DNA of 64,000 nucleotides from the NCBI GenBank assembly GCA_002415855.1, contig DIAS01000162.1, positions 3,647-67,646 on the forward strand, read 5' to 3'. Position numbers and translations under genes: made by a program. The stretch's first letter is position 1. Each line of letters starts with the position of its first letter. Origin of the DNA: Bacteroidales bacterium UBA5072. Its GTDB lineage: Bacteria > Bacteroidota > Bacteroidia > Bacteroidales > UBA10428. Under the pieces are notes generated by a model. It saw only the letters and a program-made list of their open reading frames with translations, did no database searches and was not told where the DNA came from. Shown here piece by piece: positions 38,029 through 47,145 of the stretch.

Positions 38029-40323
38029 ATGAAACCCCAATTTACACTTTACAGAAAATTCCTTTGCATCCTGTTTCTGGGGATTTTCCCGCTGTTCATT
38101 TATAACGTAAAAAGCGCAGAATTTGCGATCATCAACGGCACTTATTATTATCCATCCAGTGCCAATGCCTTTTACTGTCATGCTTCTCCTCCTTACGCCA
38201 ACTATCCATCTACAAACTGGCTTTCGCCCAATGATTTCTGGAACGGCACATTCTATGCCTATTATGAAGTAATCGATATACCTACTAACGAACCTTTCGC
38301 CATGCAGTTGGGAATTTTTCAATATTACCCCAATGCGGCAAACTGGGATTACCAGAATTTCTATGAGACATGTTCGCTGGTTTTTCCTCAGCTTCAGGGA
38401 GCAGGCTCATATGCTGAGGTAAATTGCGGCTCACCGGCCAACTGGTGGCAGCATCCAAACGGGGCAGTGGATTTTACCAGGGTGTATGACTTTGAAAGCG
38501 TTGGTCCGGTAATGTATAGCCGTACAGCCGGTGCCTATGGAATTTTGTACCCGCCGGATGCTGCTGCATGGGCCGTGCGTGCGAATTATTTCCCATGCAC
38601 CATCCGGGTAATCGTGGTTGCGGTTTCTGCCGGATCACAGTTTTCAGGATGGGCCAATTACATCAACGGCGGTGGCGGAGGCGGTGGTTGTACACCTGTG
38701 CAACAGGCCACGCCAACCTATGCAATCAATTTTGCCACTGAAAGAACCAACAAGGTCGTTCCAACTACAGACGAGTATTCTTACAATTCCAACATGTCAG
38801 GTGCAGTAAGCGGCACCGGGTCCACCCTTTTGCTTACGCCCGGTCAGGATGTATATTTCCGTACCAAGGCCAGTGGTGATTGTTATCTGGCTTCCAACAT
38901 TCAGCATCTTGATGTACCCACCCGGCCTGCAGGCACTCCTTCTTATTCTATTGATTATTACAACGAACGAACCAATGAGACTGTGAGTTCCACTGTCGCC
39001 TATTCAACAACTCCCAATTTTACCTCTCCGGTGAGCGGTACCGGTGCAACGGTTAACTTAACACCCGGACAAGACCTGTACTTCTGGGTGAAAGAAACCT
39101 CCAGCACCTTTGCTTCTGACGTTTATCATCTTCCGGTTCCTGCCCGTCAGCAAACACCTGCAATAACGGTTGATTTTAACAACGAGGTCACCTCAGCCGT
39201 TTCATCTGCGCAGGAATGGTCTACCAGCGCTTCCATGACTTCTCCAACCACAGGTACCAATGCCGCATTACCGGTCTCACCCGGTACGAACCTTTATTTC
39301 CGGACAAAGGCGACAGCAAGTGCATTCTTATCTGCTGTGCAAACCCTGAACGTACCTGCCCGTCCCGCAACTCCGACTTACGGAATCGATTATGCAACGG
39401 AAAAAACATCACAGGCTGTTCCTGCAACAGATGATTATTCTGTACATTCCGATATGTCATCCGCCTCAGCCGGAACCGGAGCTGCTATAACACTGACTCC
39501 CGGCACGGACCTGTATTTCAGAACCAGGAACAGTGCCAGTTCCTTCCGGTCAGCAACTCAGCACCTGACAGTTGCCGCACGACCTGCAACACCATCATTC
39601 CATATCGATTATGGCAATGAAACCACCTCAGAAACAGTAGGTGGCACAATTGAGTATGCTGCCACCGCAGATATGACATCACCAGCGTCAGGTACAGGAG
39701 TAAAACTTCCCCTTACACCGGGTGAGGACCTCTATTTCAGGGTAAAATCAACCGGATCATCATTCGCCAGCCAGAATTACCAGCTGGACGTACCGGCACG
39801 ACCAACCCTGGAATACACAGGGGAGGACACCGTAACCTCCGCAACCATTACCATGCATGCCTTACTGGATGCCGGCATGACAGGATTCGACCTCAATGAT
39901 TTGTCGGTTACCAATGGCATCGCCCAGAATTTAAGGGCCGCAAATTATTTCGACGTCATCGGGCAGAACAAGGGTGATGTCACAGTAATCATTCCGGTTA
40001 ATAAATTTGGTGGAGCAAGCTTTGCTTCCAATGAAGTGGTTGTTTATTACAATAAATCAGCTACCGGGATATCGGAAGAAAATGAGGATGGTTTTATTGT
40101 CTATCCCAATCCGAATGGCAGCGGTATCCTGTATATCCGTGCAAGACAGGTTACCCCCTATTCCATTGAAGTTTTTTCAGCTGACGGTAATCTGGTCAAA
40201 ACTGTCCTCATGGACAAGGGAGAAGAACAACCCCTTGACCTGAAGGAACTGACAAAAGGCATATACTTCCTGAAATTTCAAACAAAAGAAAGTCATTCGG
40301 TGGTAAAGGTTGTCCTGAAATAG
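38029..40323 (+). CDS. T9SS-secreted family member P5: N-domain, Gly7 linker, 5 modules, Ig-like VTNG domain and CTD
   Basis: There is a signal peptide. The N-domain runs AEFAIINGTYYYP...FSGWANY and is followed by GGGGGGGC. The modules are ATPTYAINFATERTNK...YFRTKASGDCYLASNIQHL and four relatives. The CTD is FIVYPNPNGSGILYI...GIYFLKFQTKESHSVVKVVLK. Confidence 0.87.
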   Translation: MKPQFTLYRKFLCILFLGIFPLFIYNVKSAEFAIINGTYYYPSSANAFYCHASPPYANYPSTNWLSPNDFWNGTFYAYYEVIDIPTNEPFAMQLGIFQYYPNAANWDYQNFYETCSLVFPQLQGAGSYAEVNCGSPANWWQHPNGAVDFTRVYDFESVGPVMYSRTAGAYGILYPPDAAAWAVRANYFPCTIRVIVVAVSAGSQFSGWANYINGGGGGGGCTPVQQATPTYAINFATERTNKVVPTTDEYSYNSNMSGAVSGTGSTLLLTPGQDVYFRTKASGDCYLASNIQHLDVPTRPAGTPSYSIDYYNERTNETVSSTVAYSTTPNFTSPVSGTGATVNLTPGQDLYFWVKETSSTFASDVYHLPVPARQQTPAITVDFNNEVTSAVSSAQEWSTSASMTSPTTGTNAALPVSPGTNLYFRTKATASAFLSAVQTLNVPARPATPTYGIDYATEKTSQAVPATDDYSVHSDMSSASAGTGAAITLTPGTDLYFRTRNSASSFRSATQHLTVAARPATPSFHIDYGNETTSETVGGTIEYAATADMTSPASGTGVKLPLTPGEDLYFRVKSTGSSFASQNYQLDVPARPTLEYTGEDTVTSATITMHALLDAGMTGFDLNDLSVTNGIAQNLRAANYFDVIGQNKGDVTVIIPVNKFGGASFASNEVVVYYNKSATGISEENEDGFIVYPNPNGSGILYIRARQVTPYSIEVFSADGNLVKTVLMDKGEEQPLDLKELTKGIYFLKFQTKESHSVVKVVLK

Positions 40324-40375
40324 GGCCTGTCTGCCATTGTGACGATCTCAAAGATCTGTAAAATTCTGAAAATTT

Positions 40376-40413
40376 GACAACTCAAGACACCTGTGGTGTC
40401 TTGAGTTGTCTTT
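40376..40413 (+). terminator. strong hairpin (probable terminator) after P5
   Basis: The 16-bp perfect stem GACAACTCAAGACACC/GGTGTCTTGAGTTGTC has a 3-nt loop and is followed by TTT. Confidence 0.65.
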
Positions 40414-40440
40414 ACCGCAGTAACCCTAAACCAATAACCC

Positions 40441-43400
40441 ATGAAGACATTGTATGCCCATTGCAGGCTTATCCTTGTTTTTGTCAGTGTCTTATTCATG
40501 TTGTTCTCGCACAAAGCCCTGGGAGGTGAGTTCGTGATCATGAACCAGACCTTCACCTATACAGTAAATGCCAATGCCTTCGCCTGTCATGTTTCTCCAC
40601 CGTTTGACAATTCAATTCCAGCAAACTGGTTATCTCCGGAGAATTACTGGACCGGAAGTATTCATGCCTATTATGAAGTTATCAGCGTTCCCACAAGTGA
40701 ACCCTTCGGGTTTCAGATGGGTATTTTTCAATATATGCCCAGCCAGGCGCAATGGGATGGGGTTAACTTTTATGAAACCTGTTCCTATGCCGTCCCCGAA
40801 CTCCGGGGTGTCGGAGATGTGTTGGAATATAACTACGGCTCCCCCTCAAGCTGGTGGCAACACTGGAATGGCGCTGTCGATTTCTCCAGGGTCTACGATT
40901 TTGAAAGTGTAGGACCAGTCATTTACAGTCTTGTACCAGGAGCCAGTGGTGCCTTGAGCACCACTGCCGGAGGAGGTGATGATGCAGCCTGGGCGATTCG
41001 CTATAACTGGTTTCCCTGTACCATACGGGTTATTATCGTTGCAGTGTCAGCAGGATCACAGTTTTCAGGTTGGGCAAATTATGTTAACGGAGGTCCCTGT
41101 ACACCTGTCGCACAGGCAACTCCATCCTATGCGATTGACTATGCCAATGAAACCACGACCTCGGTTGTTCCGAGCACGGATGAGTATTCCGGCAATGCCG
41201 ACATGTCGGGAGCTGTTAGCGGAACCGGACAAAAGCTGGCCCTTACTCCCGGTCAGACGGTTTATTTCCGGACCAAACAACTGGATGAATGTCACCTTGC
41301 CTCTAACATACAGACGCTTGTTGTGCCCCAGCGGCCATCTGCGCCATCCTTTTCAGTTGATTATATTTATGAAACCACTGTGGAGGCAGTGAGCAGTAAC
41401 GTGGAATATTCCACCAGCCCCGGTATGACTTCCACCTCAACCGGAACTGGAGCGACTGTTGCGCTAACACCCGGTCAGGATATGTACTTCAGGATAAAAG
41501 CAACCGGATCTGCATTTGCCAGTCTGAATTTCGTTCTGGATGTGCCGGAAAGGCCTGCTGCACCGGCCGGATATACCATTGATTTTCTCAACGAAAGAAC
41601 CGTGGAGAACGTGGGTTCCAACATAGCCTATTCTACTTCCCCGGTTTATTTAAATCCCGTAAGTGGTTCGGATATTACGGTGTCCGTAACTCCAGGTCAG
41701 GATCTGTACTTTTGGGTGAAGGGTTCTGCCTCGGTATTCAAATCCGCCACCTACCGGCTGATCGTTCCGGCCCGGCCGGCAGCTCCATCCATTGCCATTA
41801 ACTTCATCACCGAGGTCACCTCGGTCATTTCATCAACCCAGGAATGGTCCACCAGCGCCGTCATGGCATTACCCGTTGCAGGTACCAACTCCGGGGTACC
41901 TGTAACTCCGGGAATTGACCTGTATATCAGGAACCTTGCAACTGTGAATGCATTCAAATCCTCCATACAAACCCTTGATGTTCCTGATCGTCCGGCTGCC
42001 CCGGCATACCAGATCAACTACACTACGGAAAGGACTGTGCAGGTTGTCCCGTCTTCTGATGAATACTCGCTCAATCCCGACATGTCCGCGGCTTCATCGG
42101 GTTCAGGTGTTGCTCTGACCTTGACGCCGGGCACAGATGTTTATTTCCGGACCAAAGCATCTCTGGGTTCTTTCATTTCCGGTATTCAGCACCTGACTGT
42201 TGGCCTTCGGCCTGCATCTCCCGAATTTCAGATCAATTATGTGAATGAAACCACCGCGGAAAACGTAAGCAATACTATTGAATATTCTACTGCAGCGAAT
42301 ATGGCTTCCGCCATGACCGGAACCGGAATTCCTGTGACCCTGACACCCGGACAAGACATGTATTTCAGGGTGAAAGCCTCAGCTACTGCATTTGCCAGTC
42401 TCAATTTCGTTCTGGATGTGCCGGAAAGGCCTGCTGCACCAGCCGGGTATACAGTTGATTTCATCAACGAAACGACGGTGGAAAATGTGAGTACTGCCCT
42501 TGCTTATTCCACATCCCCTGCTTATTTGAATCCTTTAAGCGGAACCGGCAACAAGGTCCCGGTGACACCCGGTCAGGACCTGTATTTCTGGATAAAAGGG
42601 TCAATAGGTGTATTCAATTCTTCCACGTTTCGGCTGGCTGTGCCGAACCGGCCTGCTGCGCCTGCCATAGCCATTAACTTCACCACCGAAGTCACCTCGG
42701 CTATTTCATCAACCCAGGAATGGTCCACCAATCCTTCTATGGTTTCAGCCTTTCCGGGTACCAATACAGGGATACCGGTCACCCCGGGTATGGACCTGTA
42801 TATAAGGAACATGGCCACTGCGGGAACATTCAGATCTTCAGTACAAACCCTTGATGTTCCTGACCGGCCATCGGTCCCGGCCTACCAGATCAATTATGCC
42901 ACGGAAAGGACCTCCCAGCTTATTCCTGCAGCAGATGAATATTCTTATTATTCCGACATGTCCTTTGCTACTTCCGGAACCGGCGTGGCATTGTCCCTTA
43001 TTCCTGGTACGGATGTATATTTCAGAACGAAGGCCTCAATCAACTCCTTCATTTCCGGCATACAGCACCTGACGGTAGGTCTGCGGCCCGCATCTCCGGA
43101 GTTTCATATCAACTATGTCAATGAAACGACGTCGGAAAACATAAACAATACCATTGAATATTCTCCTGCAGCGGATATGGCTTCCGCCCTCACCGGAACC
43201 GGAGTGCCTGTGACGCTGACACCCGGCCAGATCATGTATTTCAGGGTGAAAGCTACCGCATCTTCCTTTGCCAGCCTCAACCATCTATTGAATGTACCAG
43301 CACGACCGGCGGCTCCTCCTGGATACACCATTGATTATATCAATGAAAGAACCATAGAAGAGGTCAACACTGACATAACTTTTTCAACCTCCCCGACATA

Positions 43401-44703
43401 CTCAAACCCGGTGAGCGGTACCGGTTCAAGGGTCACCGTAACGCCAGGTCAGGACCTGTATTTCTGGATAAAAGGTTCAACAGGCGTATTCAACTCTTCC
43501 ACCTTCCGGCTGATTGTGCCGAACCGTCCGGTTGCTCCCGCAGTAACCATTGATTTTACCCGGGAAGTTACCTCGACAATTTCATCAGCCGAGGAATGGT
43601 CAACCAGTCCAACCCTGGCTACGGCGATAACAGGCACCAATACCGGCATACCGGTTACCCCGGGTACCGATCTTTATATCAGGAACCTGGCGACAGCCAA
43701 TGCTTTCAAGTCTTTGACCCAAAATCTGAATGTCCCTGACCGGCCGGCTACCCCGAGCTACCAGATCAATTACGTCACGGAGAAAACGTCAAAAGCCGTT
43801 CCCATAACGGATGAATACTCCAGGTACCCGGATATGTCATCTGCTTCATCGGGAACAGGTATTGCTTTGTCCCTTACGCCAGGTACAGATCTGTTTTTCA
43901 GGACCAAAGCTTCTGCGAGTTCTTTCATTTCTGAAATTCAGTATCTGTCTGTCGGCTTCCGTCCTGCTCCGCCAGCGTTCCAGATCAACTTCGAAAACAT
44001 AACCACCCTTGAAAACGTGAATAACACTATTGAGTATTCTTCCTCATCCGATATGGCATCTGCCACAACAGGCAAGGGCGTTCCTGTCAGCCTGTCACCC
44101 GGTCATGATATGTATTTCAGGATCAAAGCAACCGGATCTGCCTTTGCCAGCCTGAACTTTCCTTTGTTGGTACCGGCTGCTCCAATACTCGTTTATACCG
44201 GGAATGACACCACAACATCCGGAACAATAACCGTGCAGGCAGTATTAGAGGAAACCATGACCGGTTTTGATCTGACGGATTTATCGGTCATCAATGGTAC
44301 CGCACAAAACATCCGGGAAAATAACACATTCGACGTTATTGCCGGGGAAAGGGGCCTCGTCACGGTGAACATTCTCAGCAATGCATTTGGAGGAGCCAGT
44401 TTCCCTTCGAATGCCGTAACGGTATTTTACAACAAGAACGCAACAGGAATTTCCCTTTCTGAAGAAAGTCAGTTTATTGTATATCCAAATCCCAGCCACG
44501 ACGGGATCATACACATTAAGGCCGAAAACGGGCTGCCTTTTACAGTTGAAGTCTACTCGAATGAGGGCGCCTTGGTGAAAATCTGGGACATGAATGGAGG
44601 GAAAGACCAAATCATCAACCTGCAGGCACTGGCTAAGGGAATCTACTTCCTTAAGATCAATGCCCGTGGAAAAACTTTTATAAAAAAGGCAGTACTGGAG
44701 TAA
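40441..44703 (+). CDS. T9SS-secreted family member P6: N-domain, 14 modules, Ig-like domain and CTD
   Basis: There is a signal peptide. The N-domain runs GEFVIMNQTFTYT...FSGWANY. I counted 14 ~73-aa modules by eye. The CTD is FIVYPNPSHDGIIHI...GIYFLKINARGKTFIKKAVLE. Confidence 0.87.
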   Translation: MKTLYAHCRLILVFVSVLFMLFSHKALGGEFVIMNQTFTYTVNANAFACHVSPPFDNSIPANWLSPENYWTGSIHAYYEVISVPTSEPFGFQMGIFQYMPSQAQWDGVNFYETCSYAVPELRGVGDVLEYNYGSPSSWWQHWNGAVDFSRVYDFESVGPVIYSLVPGASGALSTTAGGGDDAAWAIRYNWFPCTIRVIIVAVSAGSQFSGWANYVNGGPCTPVAQATPSYAIDYANETTTSVVPSTDEYSGNADMSGAVSGTGQKLALTPGQTVYFRTKQLDECHLASNIQTLVVPQRPSAPSFSVDYIYETTVEAVSSNVEYSTSPGMTSTSTGTGATVALTPGQDMYFRIKATGSAFASLNFVLDVPERPAAPAGYTIDFLNERTVENVGSNIAYSTSPVYLNPVSGSDITVSVTPGQDLYFWVKGSASVFKSATYRLIVPARPAAPSIAINFITEVTSVISSTQEWSTSAVMALPVAGTNSGVPVTPGIDLYIRNLATVNAFKSSIQTLDVPDRPAAPAYQINYTTERTVQVVPSSDEYSLNPDMSAASSGSGVALTLTPGTDVYFRTKASLGSFISGIQHLTVGLRPASPEFQINYVNETTAENVSNTIEYSTAANMASAMTGTGIPVTLTPGQDMYFRVKASATAFASLNFVLDVPERPAAPAGYTVDFINETTVENVSTALAYSTSPAYLNPLSGTGNKVPVTPGQDLYFWIKGSIGVFNSSTFRLAVPNRPAAPAIAINFTTEVTSAISSTQEWSTNPSMVSAFPGTNTGIPVTPGMDLYIRNMATAGTFRSSVQTLDVPDRPSVPAYQINYATERTSQLIPAADEYSYYSDMSFATSGTGVALSLIPGTDVYFRTKASINSFISGIQHLTVGLRPASPEFHINYVNETTSENINNTIEYSPAADMASALTGTGVPVTLTPGQIMYFRVKATASSFASLNHLLNVPARPAAPPGYTIDYINERTIEEVNTDITFSTSPTYSNPVSGTGSRVTVTPGQDLYFWIKGSTGVFNSSTFRLIVPNRPVAPAVTIDFTREVTSTISSAEEWSTSPTLATAITGTNTGIPVTPGTDLYIRNLATANAFKSLTQNLNVPDRPATPSYQINYVTEKTSKAVPITDEYSRYPDMSSASSGTGIALSLTPGTDLFFRTKASASSFISEIQYLSVGFRPAPPAFQINFENITTLENVNNTIEYSSSSDMASATTGKGVPVSLSPGHDMYFRIKATGSAFASLNFPLLVPAAPILVYTGNDTTTSGTITVQAVLEETMTGFDLTDLSVINGTAQNIRENNTFDVIAGERGLVTVNILSNAFGGASFPSNAVTVFYNKNATGISLSEESQFIVYPNPSHDGIIHIKAENGLPFTVEVYSNEGALVKIWDMNGGKDQIINLQALAKGIYFLKINARGKTFIKKAVLE
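41527..44154 (+). repeat. higher-order coding tandem repeat: 3 copies of an 876-bp unit (4 modules, 292 codons each)
   Basis: AATTTCGTTCTGGATGTGCCGGAAAGGCCTGCTGCACC occurs at 41527 and again at 42403, an offset of exactly 876 bp. The third copy starts at 43279. The four module subtypes recur in the same order in each copy. Confidence 0.85.
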
Positions 44704-44720
44704 TATGAGGCGGAGCGTTG

Positions 44721-45731
44721 CTAGCAGCCGGTGATTAACCGGCTGTTCTTCTTGAAAATCAGCTTAAATGGTACAAGAAGCAATATGCTGAATGCAACGA
44801 TCAGCATAAATGAAAAAATCAGGCCCACGCCATTTGAATTAAGAAATCCATCGACTGACAGTTTGACATAAGCATAGGATACCAGGATGATGGTATATTT
44901 ATGGATGAAAAAGATCCCGAAACTGTATTTTGCTACCAGTCCCATGACCGTATCGAGTTTAACCGAGGAAATCTTGTAAAACATAAACAGGCACAAGAAG
45001 GTAAGCGGTAGTTTCTGCAGGTAGCTGAATCGCTCATCCACAAAACAGGCAGCAGTAAGGACAAGTAATGCAACCAGGAGGAGTACCCAGTTTCTGGTGA
45101 GGTAGCTGAAATATCGCTCGGCATAGTGCGAGGTATGCATACCCAGCAAATAAACGGGCAAAAAGTATACAAAGGATTGCAAAGTATTGTCATTCATAGG
45201 CGGTCGATCCACAATCAAGGATATAATTATTAAACCCGGTATAATGGCGTACCACGCAGGATGACGGTCGATATACCGAAGAATTGGTGAGATCAGGTAG
45301 AAAATGCTGATCATGGGAATAAACCAGAACTGCGGCAGGTGTGAGCCGGTAGCATAAAAAAGGATAATTTTTACAAATACTGGTCTACTTTGAAAAGACG
45401 GGGTGTTGATCCAGCTGCTGTCAAGCCATTCTGGCCTGGTCAGCATCAAAAAGATGGCCGGCACCGACATGATAATATAGGGAAGTATCACATTCTTGAA
45501 CTTTTTGCCCAGGTACGATGCGTACGTGTATCTGTCGAGCAGGTACTGGAACAGATAGCCCGAAATGAAGATAAACAGCATGGAGCTGTTTGAAAGCAAT
45601 ATCCTGAGCACATTGAACTCACCGGGACTTGAATCCGCTATTAAATAAATGGTATGTACTGCTACGATCAGCAGCATCGCAAATCCCCTGAAATTGTTAA
45701 TATAATTAAGATAGGACCTTTCTTTCAACAC
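44721..45731 (-). CDS. membrane-bound acyltransferase family 3 (O-acyltransferase)
   Basis: The N-terminus YINNFRGFAMLLIVAVHT and about 10 TM segments are typical of Acyl_transf_3 proteins in glycan loci. Confidence 0.8.
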   Translation of the reverse strand: MLKERSYLNYINNFRGFAMLLIVAVHTIYLIADSSPGEFNVLRILLSNSSMLFIFISGYLFQYLLDRYTYASYLGKKFKNVILPYIIMSVPAIFLMLTRPEWLDSSWINTPSFQSRPVFVKIILFYATGSHLPQFWFIPMISIFYLISPILRYIDRHPAWYAIIPGLIIISLIVDRPPMNDNTLQSFVYFLPVYLLGMHTSHYAERYFSYLTRNWVLLLVALLVLTAACFVDERFSYLQKLPLTFLCLFMFYKISSVKLDTVMGLVAKYSFGIFFIHKYTIILVSYAYVKLSVDGFLNSNGVGLIFSFMLIVAFSILLLVPFKLIFKKNSRLITGC

Positions 45732-45804
45732 TTTAAGAATTTAGGGTTAGAGAATCATAAAATTCATGCAGATCATTGTGCGCTGAAGCGGTGCGTGGTG
45801 CACA

Positions 45805-46725
45805 TTACCTTAAACGATCTCCAAAGCATAACTTATAAATATACCAGTTCATAAAACGGCTGAATAACGGAAGTTTCATCAGAAATCCGGTGAATTTCAT
45901 GTACCCCGGATTTGGATAGGCTGTTGTGATCTCAACATTGGGATACTGATTGACAAAAAATTGTATACCGGTAATCCTCACATATTCGACTGCCAGCCTG
46001 GTCACAATGTTATTCTTAACATTCCTTTCACGAATGAGGCTTAAGCGATATTTATAAACATTGTTGATCATATCATCAATCAGCCTGTTGGTGGACTGAT
46101 TGGGAGATATTCTGTAATAGGCCAGCTCCTGGTCAATGTAAAGCATCAGGGAGTTTTCCGTCAGCCGCCTCCAGAAATCGAGGTCTGCAATAGGATGCAA
46201 GGGCACATTGAAACCATTCAGTTTTAGCCCAAGTTCGCGGTTAAATACAACGCCCGGGAAAGGTGAGAGCTGCCTGAAATAGAAGTACGTAGGCTTTACA
46301 GGAATAAAAACATCCGTGAGGCGGGTCAATTGATTTGCCTCAGGCCATTCCTCCGACCCCACATGATTGTTAACAGCAAACCCGCCAACTTTGCTCTTAA
46401 ACCGGGTCAGGATCTCCCGGGTAAGCTCAACAAACTGGCAATGCAGGTAATCATCGTCATGAAGAATGGTAATCCAGGGCGTTTTAGTAAACCTGATGCA
46501 ATTGTTGAAATTCTCATCCTGGGGTACGGTTTCAGCAGTTTTAATATACGCAATCAATGGACTATTGTAGCTATCAATGATAGCCTTGAACTCATCGTGA
46601 GGAGAATTGTTGTCAACAACCAGAATCTTGCATTTTACGGTTTGATTCAAAGCGCTTTCAATCGCTTTTCTGAAATACTCCGTTCGCTTATAAACAGGCA
46701 AAGCAATCGTTAGGGTATCTACCAT
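45805..46725 (-). CDS. glycosyltransferase family 2
   Basis: LTIALPVYKRTEYFRKAIESALNQT...ILVVDNNSPHD...ILHDDDY shows the GT-A fold and the DxD region. Confidence 0.85.
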   Translation of the reverse strand: MVDTLTIALPVYKRTEYFRKAIESALNQTVKCKILVVDNNSPHDEFKAIIDSYNSPLIAYIKTAETVPQDENFNNCIRFTKTPWITILHDDDYLHCQFVELTREILTRFKSKVGGFAVNNHVGSEEWPEANQLTRLTDVFIPVKPTYFYFRQLSPFPGVVFNRELGLKLNGFNVPLHPIADLDFWRRLTENSLMLYIDQELAYYRISPNQSTNRLIDDMINNVYKYRLSLIRERNVKNNIVTRLAVEYVRITGIQFFVNQYPNVEITTAYPNPGYMKFTGFLMKLPLFSRFMNWYIYKLCFGDRLR

Positions 46726-47145
46726 GGACTTTAATTGTTTAAACCTTCAAAAGTAACTAAAAACAAATTGCCGTGAAAATCGCACCTTTGTTATACCAGC
46801 TAAACCACAATGATTTATGAGCAGTTGAGAACCAAAAATCCTCTGTTTATAACCCGGTGTCAGCATTTTATCAAAATTGGCAATCAACTTAAAAAACACT
46901 ATGAATTATGGCTTTATTGGTGTTGCAGCTTCTTCATGCTATTACGAGATGTCAATTTGAATGGTTACGGTCATGGTGCGTTCACAGCATAGGATTAATT
47001 TTACAGGTGTAATAGCAGGAACAATTTTCAGTTATCCTCGTAAAGGTATTGCATCATTTCGTGCAGGGATACTGGCTGAAATCTGACCGGAAGATGAGCT
47101 TAGCAGATTATCATCCAACTGAATAACCACATTTAATGACTTACC

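Noticed and set aside
20773-44703. A diversity-generating retroelement or other programmed hypervariation acting on the repeat-rich surface proteins.
   Set aside because: There is no reverse transcriptase ORF and no template/variable repeat pair with adenine-specific differences. The variation looks like ordinary paralog divergence.
46810-46992. A 60-aa ORF in the long intergenic gap.
   Set aside because: It has no motif, odd composition and no promoter box. I treat it as non-coding pending expression data.
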